From Eledone cirrhosa (Eukaryota), in assembly GCA_964016885.1 (NCBI GenBank), contig OZ024742.1, forward strand, positions 86,304,001 to 86,368,000: a stretch of DNA of 64,000 bases, written 5' to 3'. The notes below the pieces were generated by a model. The model was not told the origin of the DNA. It saw only the letters and a program-made list of their open reading frames with translations, and made no database searches. A program made the position numbers and the translations under genes. The stretch's first letter is position 1, and every line of letters begins with the position of its first letter. Positions 13,173 through 25,715 of the stretch are shown here, in pieces.

Positions 13173-16100
13173 ATGGCCATATTAAGAGTAGGAAGTTTAA
13201 ATGTTCGCGGCCTGGGGTCACCCTGGAAGCAGGGTCGCCTGCTCAACGACCTCCGGTCGCTGGAAATGGATGTGATTGCCGTAAGCGAGACCAGAATTTC
13301 CGACACGCGTGCAATAGCCCCCATTTTCGACGACTATCAGATCTTCGCATCTGTTAGCAGGCCGGGAATGGGGGGTGGGGTGGCAGTGCTGTTTAGGAAA
13401 GGACTGGATCTCGAGGTAAGGTCGATCTTCCGGGACCCGGACGGTAAGTTGGTGGTCTTGGATGTGAGCAGTAGCGAAGGTGGTGCCTTTAGACTGCTGG
13501 CCGCCTACGCCCCTACAGGGGGCCGGACGACCTGACTTCTTTAGGCGTCTGGAGACCTTTCTGGGTACGTCTCGCCCTTTACTGTTAGCGGGGGACTGGA
13601 ATGGCATCTTAGACGCACGCTGGGATTGTGTGGGAGTAGCCGATAGGAGCGGGGGGTGCAAAAGCCTCAAGCACCTACTCAGCCAGTTCCAACTGTCTGA
13701 CAGGTATCGACTAGATTTCCCCAATGTGCCAGTATGGACATGGACCAACCGAATTGGGTCATCTAGATCGTATATAGACAGAATCTTCATTAGGAAAATA
13801 GATAGAAATAGTGTGGGCTGTCCACTTTTTAAAACGGTCGCCTATTCAGATCACAAATTTGTGATCTGTACGGTCGACCTAAATAAAACGCGTAGGTTAG
13901 GACCGGGTTACTGGAAGCTGAATATTTCATTTCCGGCAAGTAAGGCTTACAGGGACCGAGTCAATAAGTTAGTTAAGCAAAAGTTGACAGGGGGGATCAT
14001 CAACAACAGATGGTGGGGGGCTCTCAAAAGAGAGATTAGAGTAACTTCGATAGAGTTCAGCAAAGAACTAGCGTTAGAGAAAAATAGAAAGGAGGGGGAG
14101 CTGGTAGATAAGTTAGACGAGGCTATTTGTAGTGGCATCGCAACTGACGTGCTAGCGGCGAGAATGGCATTAGACCATTTCTTCAATGCCAAACACGAAG
14201 GTTGCATTGTCAGAGCTAAGGCGCGTGCGCTGAGAAACGAGGGAACTAAAGCTGTTCGATGGGCCCGCGTGGCGGAGGCGCAGCGTGGTAATGAAACCAC
14301 AATTCGGTCTTTGGCGGACCGAGACGGACACGAGATAAGCGATTCCAAGCGGATGTGTGAGGCCTTTCGCCAGCACTTTGCTCGGTTGTTCGGGGAGAGT
14401 GGCGGGTCAGAGAGAGTAGCGGATTTCAGTCCCTACCTTGACGGCTTGCCGCGCATCTCGACGGTCGCGCTGAGCGCTGCGAAAGGCCGATTACTTCAGC
14501 CGAAATTCAGGACGCCCTTGTCGGCTGCATGAGGCGCAAGTCACCAGGCTTGGATGGCCTGCCCTACGAGCTTTACGTAAATATGCCAGACTTGTTCTCC
14601 GAACTCCTTGAAGCACTCTACTGTAACTGGCAGCAGATGGGAGTATTGCCAGTTCTGTGAGCAGGGGAGTGGTGACACTGATAAGGAAAGACGAGAACAA
14701 GAGGGATACATTAGACAACTTCAGGCCCATAACTCTGCTCAACACAGAGTTTAAGATTTTGGCCAAGGTGTTAGCAAAGAGATTGGCGCTTGTCGTCGAG
14801 GATTTGGTTGGGGAGGCGCAAACTTGCGCAATCCCAGCCAGGTCCATACACGACAATTTCCACCTCATGCGATACATCATAGAGAGGGTAGGGTGTAAAC
14901 CTGGCTTCGGTGGGGCACTGATCAATTTAGATCAATCGAAAGCATTCGATAGGGTCGACCATCGGTATCTGGAGTTTGTCCTCAAAGCAGCTGGCTTCGG
15001 CCCTGTCTTTAGAAGCTGGATCGTTGCAATGCACAGCGGCACACGCTCGGTGGTCAAAGTTAATGGCCACCTCTCGGAACCATTTCGGCTCTCCCGATCG
15101 GTCCGTCAAGGGTGCCCTCTCTCTTCCCTTCTGTACGTATTGACTCTCGAGCCTTTACTGCGGAAGCTGGAGCTGTTGCAGGGCATCCCGCTCGAACCGG
15201 GACGTGGAAAGGCGGTGTCGGCTTATGCGGACGACATCACCGTGATGGTGTCGAACACCACAGAAATCGAGGTGGTCGGCACCTTATTGAAGGAATATGA
15301 AAGGTTGACAGGAGCCAAACTTAACCCGGAAAAGTCGGTGGGCTTGCAGCTCGGAACCTGGAGAGGTAAGCCCATGCCGTCCAACAGCGTCGTGGGTCGC
15401 TGGACGGACGGACCAGTAAAGTTGCTCGGGGTTTGGTTCGGACCAGACCTCCAGGTGGAAAAGAATTGGGACGAGGTAACGAGCAGAGTAGCCAGTCTCA
15501 CCCAAAAATGGGCTGGGAGGAAGCTATCACTGAAAGGTCGCGCGGAGGTGGCGAATGCGTACATCGCGTCCGTCATCTATTACCGCCTAACCGTCGTGCC
15601 TTGCCCCCGTCCGCGCCTCGTTAAGTTGGAACGGCTCCTCTTCAAATTCTTGTGGAGGGGACAAGTTCCGTTGGTGAGGCGGTCCATCTGCTGCCAGCAC
15701 CCTCTACACGGAGGGCTGGGCATGCCGTGGCTAATGATGTGCAGACATGCGTTGAGGCTGCGACAGCTCCAGATATTCTGCCTCAATGGTGAACAGGTGT
15801 GGTCGCCGTTTATCAGACGGGCCTTTCCGCAGCTCATTTCTTTGACTGAGCTGCAGTCCTGGGTCAAGAAGAGACCGAGACTGGGTGACTGGCACCTGGA
15901 ATGTTGCCAGGCACTCACTGCCCTCTACCAAGCGGGCAATGCGATCAGTGGAACTTCCACTCTCGAGTTTTATAGAGGATTAGTGGTGAGCAAGTGCGAT
16001 GACGCACTCGGAGAAGCTTTGGGCCTCGACGAAGTCGAACTGACCAGTCTGTACCGGAGGACTTTTGAACCGGGGACGATGGACAATTTCCAGAAATCCC

Positions 16101-16243
16101 TCGCTTGGCAGTGCTACCGGGGGGCACTGCCGGTTCGGGATAAACTCTAGAGAAGTGCTGCCCCCCAGTACATTTGCTAAAAGGTGGGTGAATGTGGCAA
16201 GAATGGCTCGTGTGAATGGGCCTACTCTGACCATGCGCCTATA
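13173..16243 (+). pseudogene. Tx1-B ORF2 (APE + RT), frameshifted, C-terminal finger deleted
   Basis: ORFs 13173-13535, 13480-14532 and 14657-16150 with YADD. The sequence jumps from ..GATAAACTCTAG to AGAAGTGCTG, skipping the CPRC region present in family A. Confidence 0.92.
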
Positions 16244-16518
16244 GGCTGGCTAACTTGAGGAGAGGGGTGCTCTCCTGGGTGCCCTAGAAGTGCAGGGTGG
16301 TTCAGGATTGGTGGGGTACCCGAATCACCCCAGGGTCGTCCACCCCCTATCGGGGAATTTATTTTGTTATATTTTGTATAGTTTATTTTATATTTTATAT
16401 TTTTATTGTTAAATTAGTCTTGCCATTGTGCACTTTTACTCGACCTTATTGTAAACCCCCACTGTCCCTGTCTTTGTATTGTCCCCTACATGTCGGCCCT
16501 TGTGGCTAATAAATGAAA

Positions 16519-16589
<71 letters not shown>

Positions 16590-17290
16590 GTTGTTCTTTG
16601 AGTCTCAGTCATTTATGTTAGTTAACTGGAAAGTTTGTTGAAATGAATATCAAGCATGCCTTTTGAAGCGTTCCAAAAAGCGTGAAGGGGCCAATTTTCT
16701 TTAACCATCCCTGGAAAAATTTTGAGATAGTCCCTAGTGCGCCTATGATAATCGGGATCACTTTGACTTTATGGCAGTTCCAAATCCTTTTTACCTCCCA
16801 CTTTAAGTCCTGGTATTGGTTAATTTTCTCCCTCTCCTTCTCTTGCACTCTCGTGTCGAATGGGCAGGCCACATCCACAATCAGGCACGATCTTTTTTCT
16901 TTGTCCAAAGCCACCAGGTCAGGTCTATTGTGTTCCAGTTTCTTGTCCGTATATATCCTAAAATCCCACAGCACCTTCACCTGATCATTTTCTATCACCG
17001 CCTCTGGCTTATACTCATACCACTTCTCAGAATGTGGTAAATTGTTTACTTTGCATAGGTGCCAGTGGATCACCCTGCCCATCACATCATGTCTCCAGCC
17101 CTTATAGTGAGTCTGGGCTAGGTGTTTACACTCGGATACAATGTGAGCCACAGTCTCCTCTCTCTCTCCACAGATCCAGCACAGTGGGCTAGCCTCCTCC
17201 TTGTAAATATGGTGTTTCAACCACTTCGTTTTGAGGGCCTGCTCTTGCGCAGCCATTAGCACTCCTTCTGTAGACTTTTTAAGGTCTCCT
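16590..17290 (-). mobile_element. 5'-truncated R4/Dong-clade LINE (family D1), restriction-like endonuclease end
   Basis: CWICGEREETVAHIVSEC knuckle, RHD, and RPDLV..D...IVDVACP motifs (ORF 16618-17262). About 60 bp missing at 16654 relative to the copy at 17579. Confidence 0.9.
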
Positions 17291-17578
17291 GAGTATGTGT
17301 CTGTAAATTAAAGGTGGAAAACTGGAAGAGGGCACTTGCCCTAGTGGTCAGGGTCACTGTGGCCTTTTAATGCGCTTTCTCCACAAATGTCCCTCCGAAG
17401 TCTCCCCCCTATTGGGGAATTTATCATTATTAATTTTATTTAATCCTCTGTTTTTGTTTTTTTACACGCAGGAATGCCCATTTGTACCGTCCTGTATTGT
17501 CCTGTACTGTCCTTAATGTCTACTTTATGTAAACCTTTGTGGTTAATAAAGAAAGCATTATTATTATTATTGTTATTA
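17289..17578 (+). mobile_element. 3' fragment of Tx1 family A with (ATT)n tail
   Basis: Aligns with 10679-10945; AATAAA followed by (ATT)n. Confidence 0.9.
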
Positions 17579-19828
17579 CTCTTTGAGTCTCAGTCATTGA
17601 TGTTAGTTACTGGAAAGTTTGTTGAAATGATTATCAAGTCACTACGTGCAGCCTCAGATATTCAGGACGTATCGGAGGGTTCTTGCTGTTCCCAGCAAGC
17701 ATGCCTTTTGAAGCGTTCCAAAAAGCGTGAAGGGGCCAATTTTCTTTAATCATCCCTGGAAAAATGTTGAGATAGTCCCTAGTGCGCCTATGACAATCGG
17801 GATCACTTTGACTTTATGGCAGTTCCATATCCTTTTTACCTCCCACTTTAAGTCCTGGTATTGGTTAATTTTCTCCCTCTCCTTCTCTTGCACTCTCGTG
17901 TCGAATGAACAGGCCATATCCACAATCAGGCACGACCTTTTTTCTTTGTCCAAAACCACCAGGTCAGGTCTATTGTGTTCCAGTTTCTTGTCCGTCTGTA
18001 TCCTAAAATCCCACAGCACCTTCACCTGATCGTTTTCTATCACGCCTCTGGCTTATACTTATACCACTTCTCAGAATGTGGTAAATTGTTTACTTTGCAT
18101 AGGTGCCAGTGGATCACCCTGCCCATCACATCATGTCTCCAGCCCTTATAGTGAGTCTGGGCTAGGTGTTTACACTCGGATACAATGTGAGCCACAGTCT
18201 CCTCTCTCTCTCCACAGATCCTGCACAGTGGGCTAGCCTCCTCCTTGTAAATGTGGTGTTTCAACTACTTCGTTTTGAGGGCCTGCTCCTGCGCAGCCAT
18301 TAACATTCCGTCATGAGCCTTTTTAAGGTCTCCTCTTTTCAACCAGTTCCATGTCTGTGGATCTCTAAATTCAGTTTTCTCAAAGAAGGTACTATCAAGG
18401 GATTTTTCCTGAAGGCTGCTCTTTCTCCTTGATGTTATTTCCTCCTTGGACATCCCCTGGCCTATTGTCCCCTCCTTAAGTACAGCTCTGAGCATTGGCT
18501 CCTTACTATCAGTCACGTATTTGTGTAGGTTGTTTTTCTCCATCTGAACACAGTCCTCTATGCTGATAAGACCTCTTCCACCCTCAGATCTCCTTAAGTA
18601 GAGTCTATCGACATCACTCCTCTTGTGGAACATATTGTAGATAGTCAATAGATTCCTAGTCTTCCTATCCATTTTTTTTTTGTTCAGCAACATTCCATCT
18701 CAGAATTCCCGCACTGTACCTAATAATAGACACAGCTCGGGAATTTACTGCACTTATGGCATTCCTACTGTTCAGATGTGACTTTAATACGCTCCTTACT
18801 CTCCGAAAGGAATTCAGTTCTTATCAATTCCTTCATTTTTTTGTTCTTGATGTCATCAGCCTCCAGAACGCCCAAATATCTGTATCCTTCTTCAGAGTCA
18901 ATTTCTTTTATCATTTCGCCTGTGGGTATCTGGATTCCGTTACTTCTGCTCAACTTACCCCTCCTCATCACAATGACTTCACACTTACTAATACCAAATT
19001 GCATACATATATCATTGCTGAAAATACGGACAGTGTCAACAAGCACATCCAGCTCCTTCTCACTCTTCCCGAAGAGCTTAAGATCGTCCATGAAGAGGAG
19101 GTGATTGATGGTAAGCCCTCCCTTCCCCAACCTGTATCCTGCTCTCACTTTTCGCAGTACAATGGTCAGGGGCATCAGGGCAAGGACAAACAACAGAGGG
19201 GACAGACTAGAAGATACCCCTCTTGATCTTCACGCTTCCCAAGGATTCTCCAGTTGATGTTAACTCTGTTTCCCAGGACTTCATACTTTTGCCCAACAAC
19301 TGCCTGATGTTATCTGCCACCTTGAAGATCTCCAGGCTTTTGGTGATCCAAGAATGGGGCACCATGTCAAATGCCTTTTTGTAGTCTACCCATCCCATGG
19401 CAAGACCAGTGTGTCTCCTCTTGCAATTCCTCATTACCATCTTATCAATAAGTAACTGGTCCTTTGTACCACGTGACTTCTTTCGGCATCCTTTCAGTTC
19501 GTCCGGTAACAAGTTGTTTGTGTGGAGGTGATGGTAGATTTCCTCAGACATAATGCTTGTCAACAGTTTCCACATTACGGACAGACATGTGATAGGTCTA
19601 TAGTTGGTAACATCATTACCCTTGATTCGGTCTTTCATTTTCAGAACTGTGGTACCTTTTGTCAACCACTCTGGTACCTCACCTGACATCAAGCAGTCAT
19701 TGAACATGGTTGTCAGTTTCGGGTGGAGGGATGTTATGTTTTTAATCCAATACCCCTGCACACCATCTGGGCCAGGTGATTTCCAGTTGGTTAGTTTTTT
19801 GGCCCGCCCCTTAAGAGTTTCAACTGTG
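17579..19828 (-). mobile_element. 5'-truncated R4/Dong-clade LINE (family D1), RT + RLE, disrupted
   Basis: NWKSPGPDG, YRPITCL, DYKKAFDMVPH and HLLFMDDLKLF RT motifs, CCHC knuckle and RPD endonuclease, split over ORFs 19207-19761, 18765-19193, 18265-18693, 18040-18264 and 17750-18043. Confidence 0.92.
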
Positions 19829-19865
<37 letters not shown>

Positions 19866-19866
<1 letters not shown>

Positions 19867-21550
19867 AGTTGCATTTATCTTGCTTTATGTTCATACGAGT
19901 TATCACCAAGTCACAACCAGTGACCTCAAGAGACAACAAGGTCCGCCATGTTCAAGAAAGAACATACATACTCACACATGCATCTTTAGTGTTTAGACTT
20001 GTGAAGTACTTATATTGACAGAATCTTCCTTAGTATATGGCCAGTTCCCATTAGTACTATCTTTTGTATTTCTCCTATACGCGGGTTTCCTGGGATTTGC
20101 GATAAGTAATCATTAGACCCCTTAGGTATCATTCCCAGAGCGCCTACAACCACTGGTATTGTTTTAGGTCTCAATTTCCACATTTTTCCAATTTCTATCT
20201 CCAGTCCTTATACTTGCTCAATTTTTCAAATGTTTTTATAGATACATTCTTGTCTATTGGAACAGACATATCAATCAGCAGGCATAAACTCTTTTTAAAG
20301 TCCTAAAATATTATATCAGGTCTATTTGCATCTATTTTTCGGTCTGTTTGGATGCTAAAGTTCCACAAGATTGAGATGTGATCTTTTTCAAGTATGGGAG
20401 GTGGTTGATGCTCCCACCAATTCTTTTGATGGGGCAGGTCAAAATGCTTACACATTATCCAATGTATGTATTGTGCAGCTCTGTCATGCCTGTTTAGGTA
20501 TTCGGTTGGAGCTATAGGACTGCACATTGAAATTATATGGTCAATGGTCTCTGGTTGTTTTTTGCATACACGGCATAATGGGCTGCATCCATTTTTTATT
20601 ATGTTGGCTTGGTAATTTTTGTTGGCAGACACTGATCTTGTGCTGATATAATCAGTCCTTCAGTCTCCGATTGCAGTCCAGAGGATGCCAACCACTGATG
20701 GGTTAAAGTTTTGTCAACATCAGGATTGTTAGCTCGCTCTGGGTATTTTCCATACAGAGGCTTTTCTTGCCATTTCTTAGCCAGTTTCTGTAGCAGTTCT
20801 TTCTTTGCAGTTACTTTTACCTGCTTTGCTTTTTCTGTGTTTTCCATTGCAGCAGTAAATGGGACTTCTGAAATGTGTAGTCCATTACTGTATCTTTGTG
20901 CATCTTTTGTAATCGAATATGAACTTTTGATGCTTTCGTGTTTCAAAACGAGTTTGATCATCCAATCATGTGATTCCCTTAGATATGTAGATAATCCAAT
21001 TGTTGCAGTTTTCAACGCAATGTCTAACTGGATTGACCCACGTCCTCCTTCTTTCCTAGGGAGATATATTCTATCTATATCTGCCTTAGGGTGATGCATT
21101 CTGTGCATGGTTAAGAATTTTCGTATTTTTGTATCGAGCCTACGGATCTCTGTGCTTGACCAGTTGATGACATTGTAACTGTAGGTTACTACTGGTATGG
21201 CAAGCGTGTTTATGGCATCGATCCTATTCCTTGCATTCAATTCCGTTCTTAAGTTTGCTCTTACTCTGCGGTAACATTCCTTCCTTATCCTTTCCCTCAC
21301 TGTCGAGTGCTTGATTCCGTCCCCTTCACAAACACCTAGATATTTATAAGTTTTTCCTTGATCAAGTTTTCTTATTACGTTCCCCCGATCAAGATTAATG
21401 TCTGAACTCTTCAGCAGCTTTCCTCTGGTGAACGTTGCTTTGGCGCATTTATCTAGTCCAAACTCCATTTTAATGTCATCACTGAAATGCTCCACAGTGG
21501 ATAACAGCCCTTGCAATTGTTCATCATTTTTTACAAATAGTTTCAGGTCA
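19866..21550 (-). mobile_element. 5'-truncated R4/Dong-clade LINE (family D2)
   Basis: MEFGLDKC, YKYLG, RIYLPRKEGGRG, CRVC..ETIDHIISMC, RHD and RPDI motifs (ORFs 20599-21516 and 20303-20632); (ATT)n on both sides. Confidence 0.9.
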
Positions 21551-21575
21551 TATTATTATTATTATTATTATTATT

Positions 21576-22299
21576 TGCATTTATCTTGCTTTATGTTTAT
21601 ACGAGTTATCACCAAGTCACAACCAGTGACCTCAAGAGACAACAAGGTCCGCCATGTTCAAGAAAGAACACACATATTCACACATGCATCCTTAGTGTTT
21701 AGACTTGTGATGTACTTATATTGACAGGATCTTCCTTAGTATATGGGCAGTTCCCATTAGTACTATCTTTTGTATTTCTCCTATACGCGGGTTTCCTGGG
21801 ATTTGCGATAAGTAGTCGTTAGACCCCTTAGGTATCATTCCCAGAGCGCCTACAACCACTGGTATTGTTTTAGTTCTCAATTTCCACATTTTTCCAATTT
21901 CTATCTCCAGGTCCTTATACTTGCTCAATTTTTCAAATGTTTTTTATAGATACATTCTTGTCTATTGGAACAGACATATCAATTAGCAGGCATACCCTCC
22001 TTTGAAAGTCCTTCAATATTATATCAGGTCTATTTGCATCTATTTTTCGGTCTGTTTGGATGCTAAAGTTCCACAAGATTGAGATGTGATCTTTTTCAAG
22101 TATGGGAAGTGGTTGATGCTCCCACCAATTCTTTTGATGGGGCAGGTCAAAATGCTTACACATTATCCAATGTATGTATTGTGCAGCTCTGTCATGCCTG
22201 TTTAGGTATTCGGTTGGAGCTATAGGACTGCACATTGAAATTATATGGTCAATGGTCTCTGGTTGTTTTTTGCATACACGGCATAATGGGCTGCACCCA

Positions 22300-22303
<4 letters not shown>
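21576..22303 (-). mobile_element. Shorter copy of R4/Dong family D2
   Basis: Near-identical to 19870-20597; followed by (ATT)n at 22304-22361. Confidence 0.9.
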
Positions 22304-22362
<59 letters not shown>

Positions 22363-22679
22363 AAACAAACGTGACACATATTGTATTCATGTATATAGTG
22401 TCAAAAAATATAGCGCAGATTTCCTTATAATTTTTCACGTCATATTGACGACTATATCATTAATAACTTATGGAATTAGTTAGCGTCCGAAACGTTAAGC
22501 CACTCTTCCTGCTATTTCAAGCGTTAAAATAAGACGTTCCTTCCATGTACTGTACCGTTTGTTTTGTTATTCCTGTATACCTTTTCCACACACACAAGGG
22601 CTCCTGTGTTAAGGTGTATGTATGTGTGCATCTCTGTTTGTCTATGTTGTTGAATATCTACATCTTACAAATACATATA

Positions 22680-22730
<51 letters not shown>

Positions 22731-22840
22731 TAATATACATATATATATCTGGAGTTGCGACCGATATATAGTACTAGCAACTGGAAAGACCAACGGAAAC
22801 ATTGTTTCCTCGATCCGATTTGACGAAAGTCGAACAATCC

Positions 22841-22883
<43 letters not shown>

Positions 22884-22992
22884 ATAGGATATACGTTCCT
22901 TCACGCACAAGGCGCCAAGGTACGCATGTATTGTCCAACCAAATGCCAGTGTGGTTCAATGGCGGGTTAATAAATTAACGAGCCAGAACAAA

Positions 22993-23248
22993 TATAAACA
23001 AGGTTTAGCAAATAATGAAAAAGTTTCAAAATAAATTTTGATAGCGCTAGTTTGTGATTTAAATTCAGGAATTTTATATTCTTTGAATGAAAAGAACCTT
23101 CTGACGAGAATCTTTCTTTGCAACGAAGGCCGTATGGTCTCCGTTTTATTTTTGGGAGTCGAAACCGATCGGTAAATATAACTATAGTAGGTAAAGTCAA
23201 TTTTTTAAAATTTATTTTGAAACTTTTTCATTATTTGCTAAACCTTGT

Positions 23249-23252
<4 letters not shown>
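22993..23252 (+). mobile_element. Small non-coding PLE pseudo-LTR-like insert with inverted ends and a hammerhead-like motif
   Basis: About 45-bp inverted repeats (22993-23039 / 23207-23252). CTGACGA at 23101, long stem II, GAAA-CCGATCGG-TA at 23161-23174; stem I is decayed. Confidence 0.55.
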
Positions 23253-23342
<90 letters not shown>

Positions 23343-24303
23343 GTGTGTATGTATATATATATATGTGTGTGTGTATGTATGTATGTATTTGTGTGTGTGC
23401 GTATGTGTGCATGCGTATATATACGTATGTATGTGTATATTGTTTACATCCATATCTGTTTATATGGTGAAGGAATGATCCATATATCTGATATACCACT
23501 TGGTATGTAAGATGGCCAGCGCGCGATGGGGGGCCCCACGCTGTTATAGCCGACGCCTAAGACAGTTACTTTACTGGAGTGCTCGGAAATACTAATTTCC
23601 ATTTCTATCGCTAGACGATATTACTCGGAAGAGCTGGCATATGGGGAAGGGGGGGGGGGGGGGCTAGCACGGGCGTATTTTTACTATATATGTATCAGCC
23701 TGACAATTTATCGTGACTATATATATCACACTTAAACTTCTTCATAAAATGTTAATTGTCACCTTATTCTTATGTTAATTATCACCTTCTCTCTATATCA
23801 ATTACACACACTCTCTTTCTCACTCTCTCTGTCAATATCTCTGTTTTTCACTTCCCCACACACACACTCTCTCTCTCTCTGCTTTTCTCTCTCTGTCACT
23901 CTCATTCACAAACACTCTCTCTCTTTTTAATCTCTATGTCTGTCTTCGCGGATGATGTTTGTCCTTGAAAAAACATATTTCGTGGCAATATTGAGCACGC
24001 GTGACCAGCCTGATTGACGCGTGACATCAGCCCTGACACTTCCATCTGACGGGATGTTGGTAGTACATTAAAGGCTTGCGCCCCCACACCAGATGGAAGT
24101 ATCTAGACCCAATAATCAACACTTGAGGGCGGACGACGCAGCTAGAAGCTGATAAAAGACCGGCCGCCCTCCTGTCTCTGATATAAACACCATGGATTTT
24201 TATCTGTTTTATTCCTTCGTTATATTTTGAATTACCTGATGAAGACACCATCTACCCCTACCACCAGAAAATATATAAATACCACCATAACACATTGACA
24301 GTC

Positions 24304-24356
24304 GGCTTCCCTGATCATTTTGTTTCAAATGATACTGTTCTAGTCCTGTAGAAGCC
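24304..24356 (+). ncRNA. Decayed hammerhead of a diverged Naiad pseudo-LTR
   Basis: GGCTTC..GAAGCC stem I, shared loop TTCTAGTCCTGTA and upstream TATAAATACC match the pLTR at 45562-45642. Core mutated (CTGATCA, GATA). Confidence 0.6.
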
Positions 24357-24359
24357 ATG

Positions 24360-24428
<69 letters not shown>

Positions 24429-24444
24429 TATATATATATATATA

Positions 24445-24870
24445 GTTATGTAATAAACAACATAAGACAATTATTTCATTTACCAGTGGTTTCTTGAAGG
24501 CAGATATTTATGTCTGTCTTCGTTCATCAGAAAAATAAAATGAAATATTTATTTAATATGGATTTGAAAACAGAATTTAGGATAAATGAAAGTGAGGCTG
24601 AAATAAAATAACATGCTAAAAAATTGAGGGGAAATAATATATAAATAGATATCCAAAACATAAACCTTCACCTACTCAAACTCACACATATACGTAATAG
24701 TACGTAAACATATGCACACGTAAGTATAAGTGCGTCTACATGGAAATACAAATACACACATATAGACGTGTGATATTATGCTCACGTATGCGCCCACACA
24801 GGCGCACATTCACACAGGTACTCAGTAATAACGTATAAATATATATACACATGCACATATCTCCATGCAC

Positions 24871-24875
<5 letters not shown>
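24445..24875 (-). mobile_element. Non-coding repeat with hammerhead-like motif (family H2)
   Basis: Reverse-complement homologue of 53430-53860. Motif at 24474-24540: CTGATGA-AC-stem-AA-GAAA-CCACTGG-TA. Confidence 0.65.
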
Positions 24876-24943
<68 letters not shown>

Positions 24944-25283
24944 GATAAATCTACCAAGAGTTTACGGTAGTGTCCAATCCGTATGAAGAACTCAATATAA
25001 TCCGGATATCATGGAAAGAAGAGATGCATTCAAAAATCACTTTCGGTGAAAGATAAACGGAATACAGAGTCAAATTATGATTATTTCTGAAGACGGCATA
25101 TGTATGTGTTCGTATGTATATTATATTTGATAATTTGTATAATTTTGTATAATTTTGTACATAGATCTGTTGAATATGCATACCAATTCTAACACATATA
25201 TGTCCTAGAAACGATCGTTAAATAATGAACTTTTTTTGTTTAATATAAGGAACTGTTTCATTGTTTTATTCATTATTTTTTTA

Positions 25284-25382
<99 letters not shown>

Positions 25383-25627
25383 GTAGGAGGTGAGTTTTAT
25401 TGTAGTACAATAAAGCAATGCAGATATCGGATAAGAAGCACTCTACAGTTGTAGGAGTGGAGTATACATAATATATAAGATCAAAAGATGGTTACATGAG
25501 TTCCATGCATTTTATTATGCGCATTTCAAAACCAAATAGCATCAAGCAATAACATTTGTGTTTTCATCAGATAAAATAGGATATGATATGAAGGTTAAAA
25601 AACACTTGTGGATATATATACATATCT

Positions 25628-25715
<88 letters not shown>

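Larger units (their letters stand above)
10966..16589 (+). mobile_element. Near full-length L1/Tx1-like LINE, family B, flanked by (ATT)n
   Basis: Same architecture as family A, with a divergent 5' UTR and ORF1 but a clearly homologous ORF2. AATAAA near 16508, then a long (ATT)n. Confidence 0.9.

Noticed and set aside
5253-21094. Antisense and alternate-frame ORFs over LINE coding regions
   Set aside because: Shadows of GC-richer coding sequence or of CAA/CAG repeats, with no motifs of their own.
22441-22500. TTGACGA..GTCCGAAACGTT motif (a similar remnant lies near 25785-25820, minus strand)
   Set aside because: Core mismatched, no stem I and no second copy for support.
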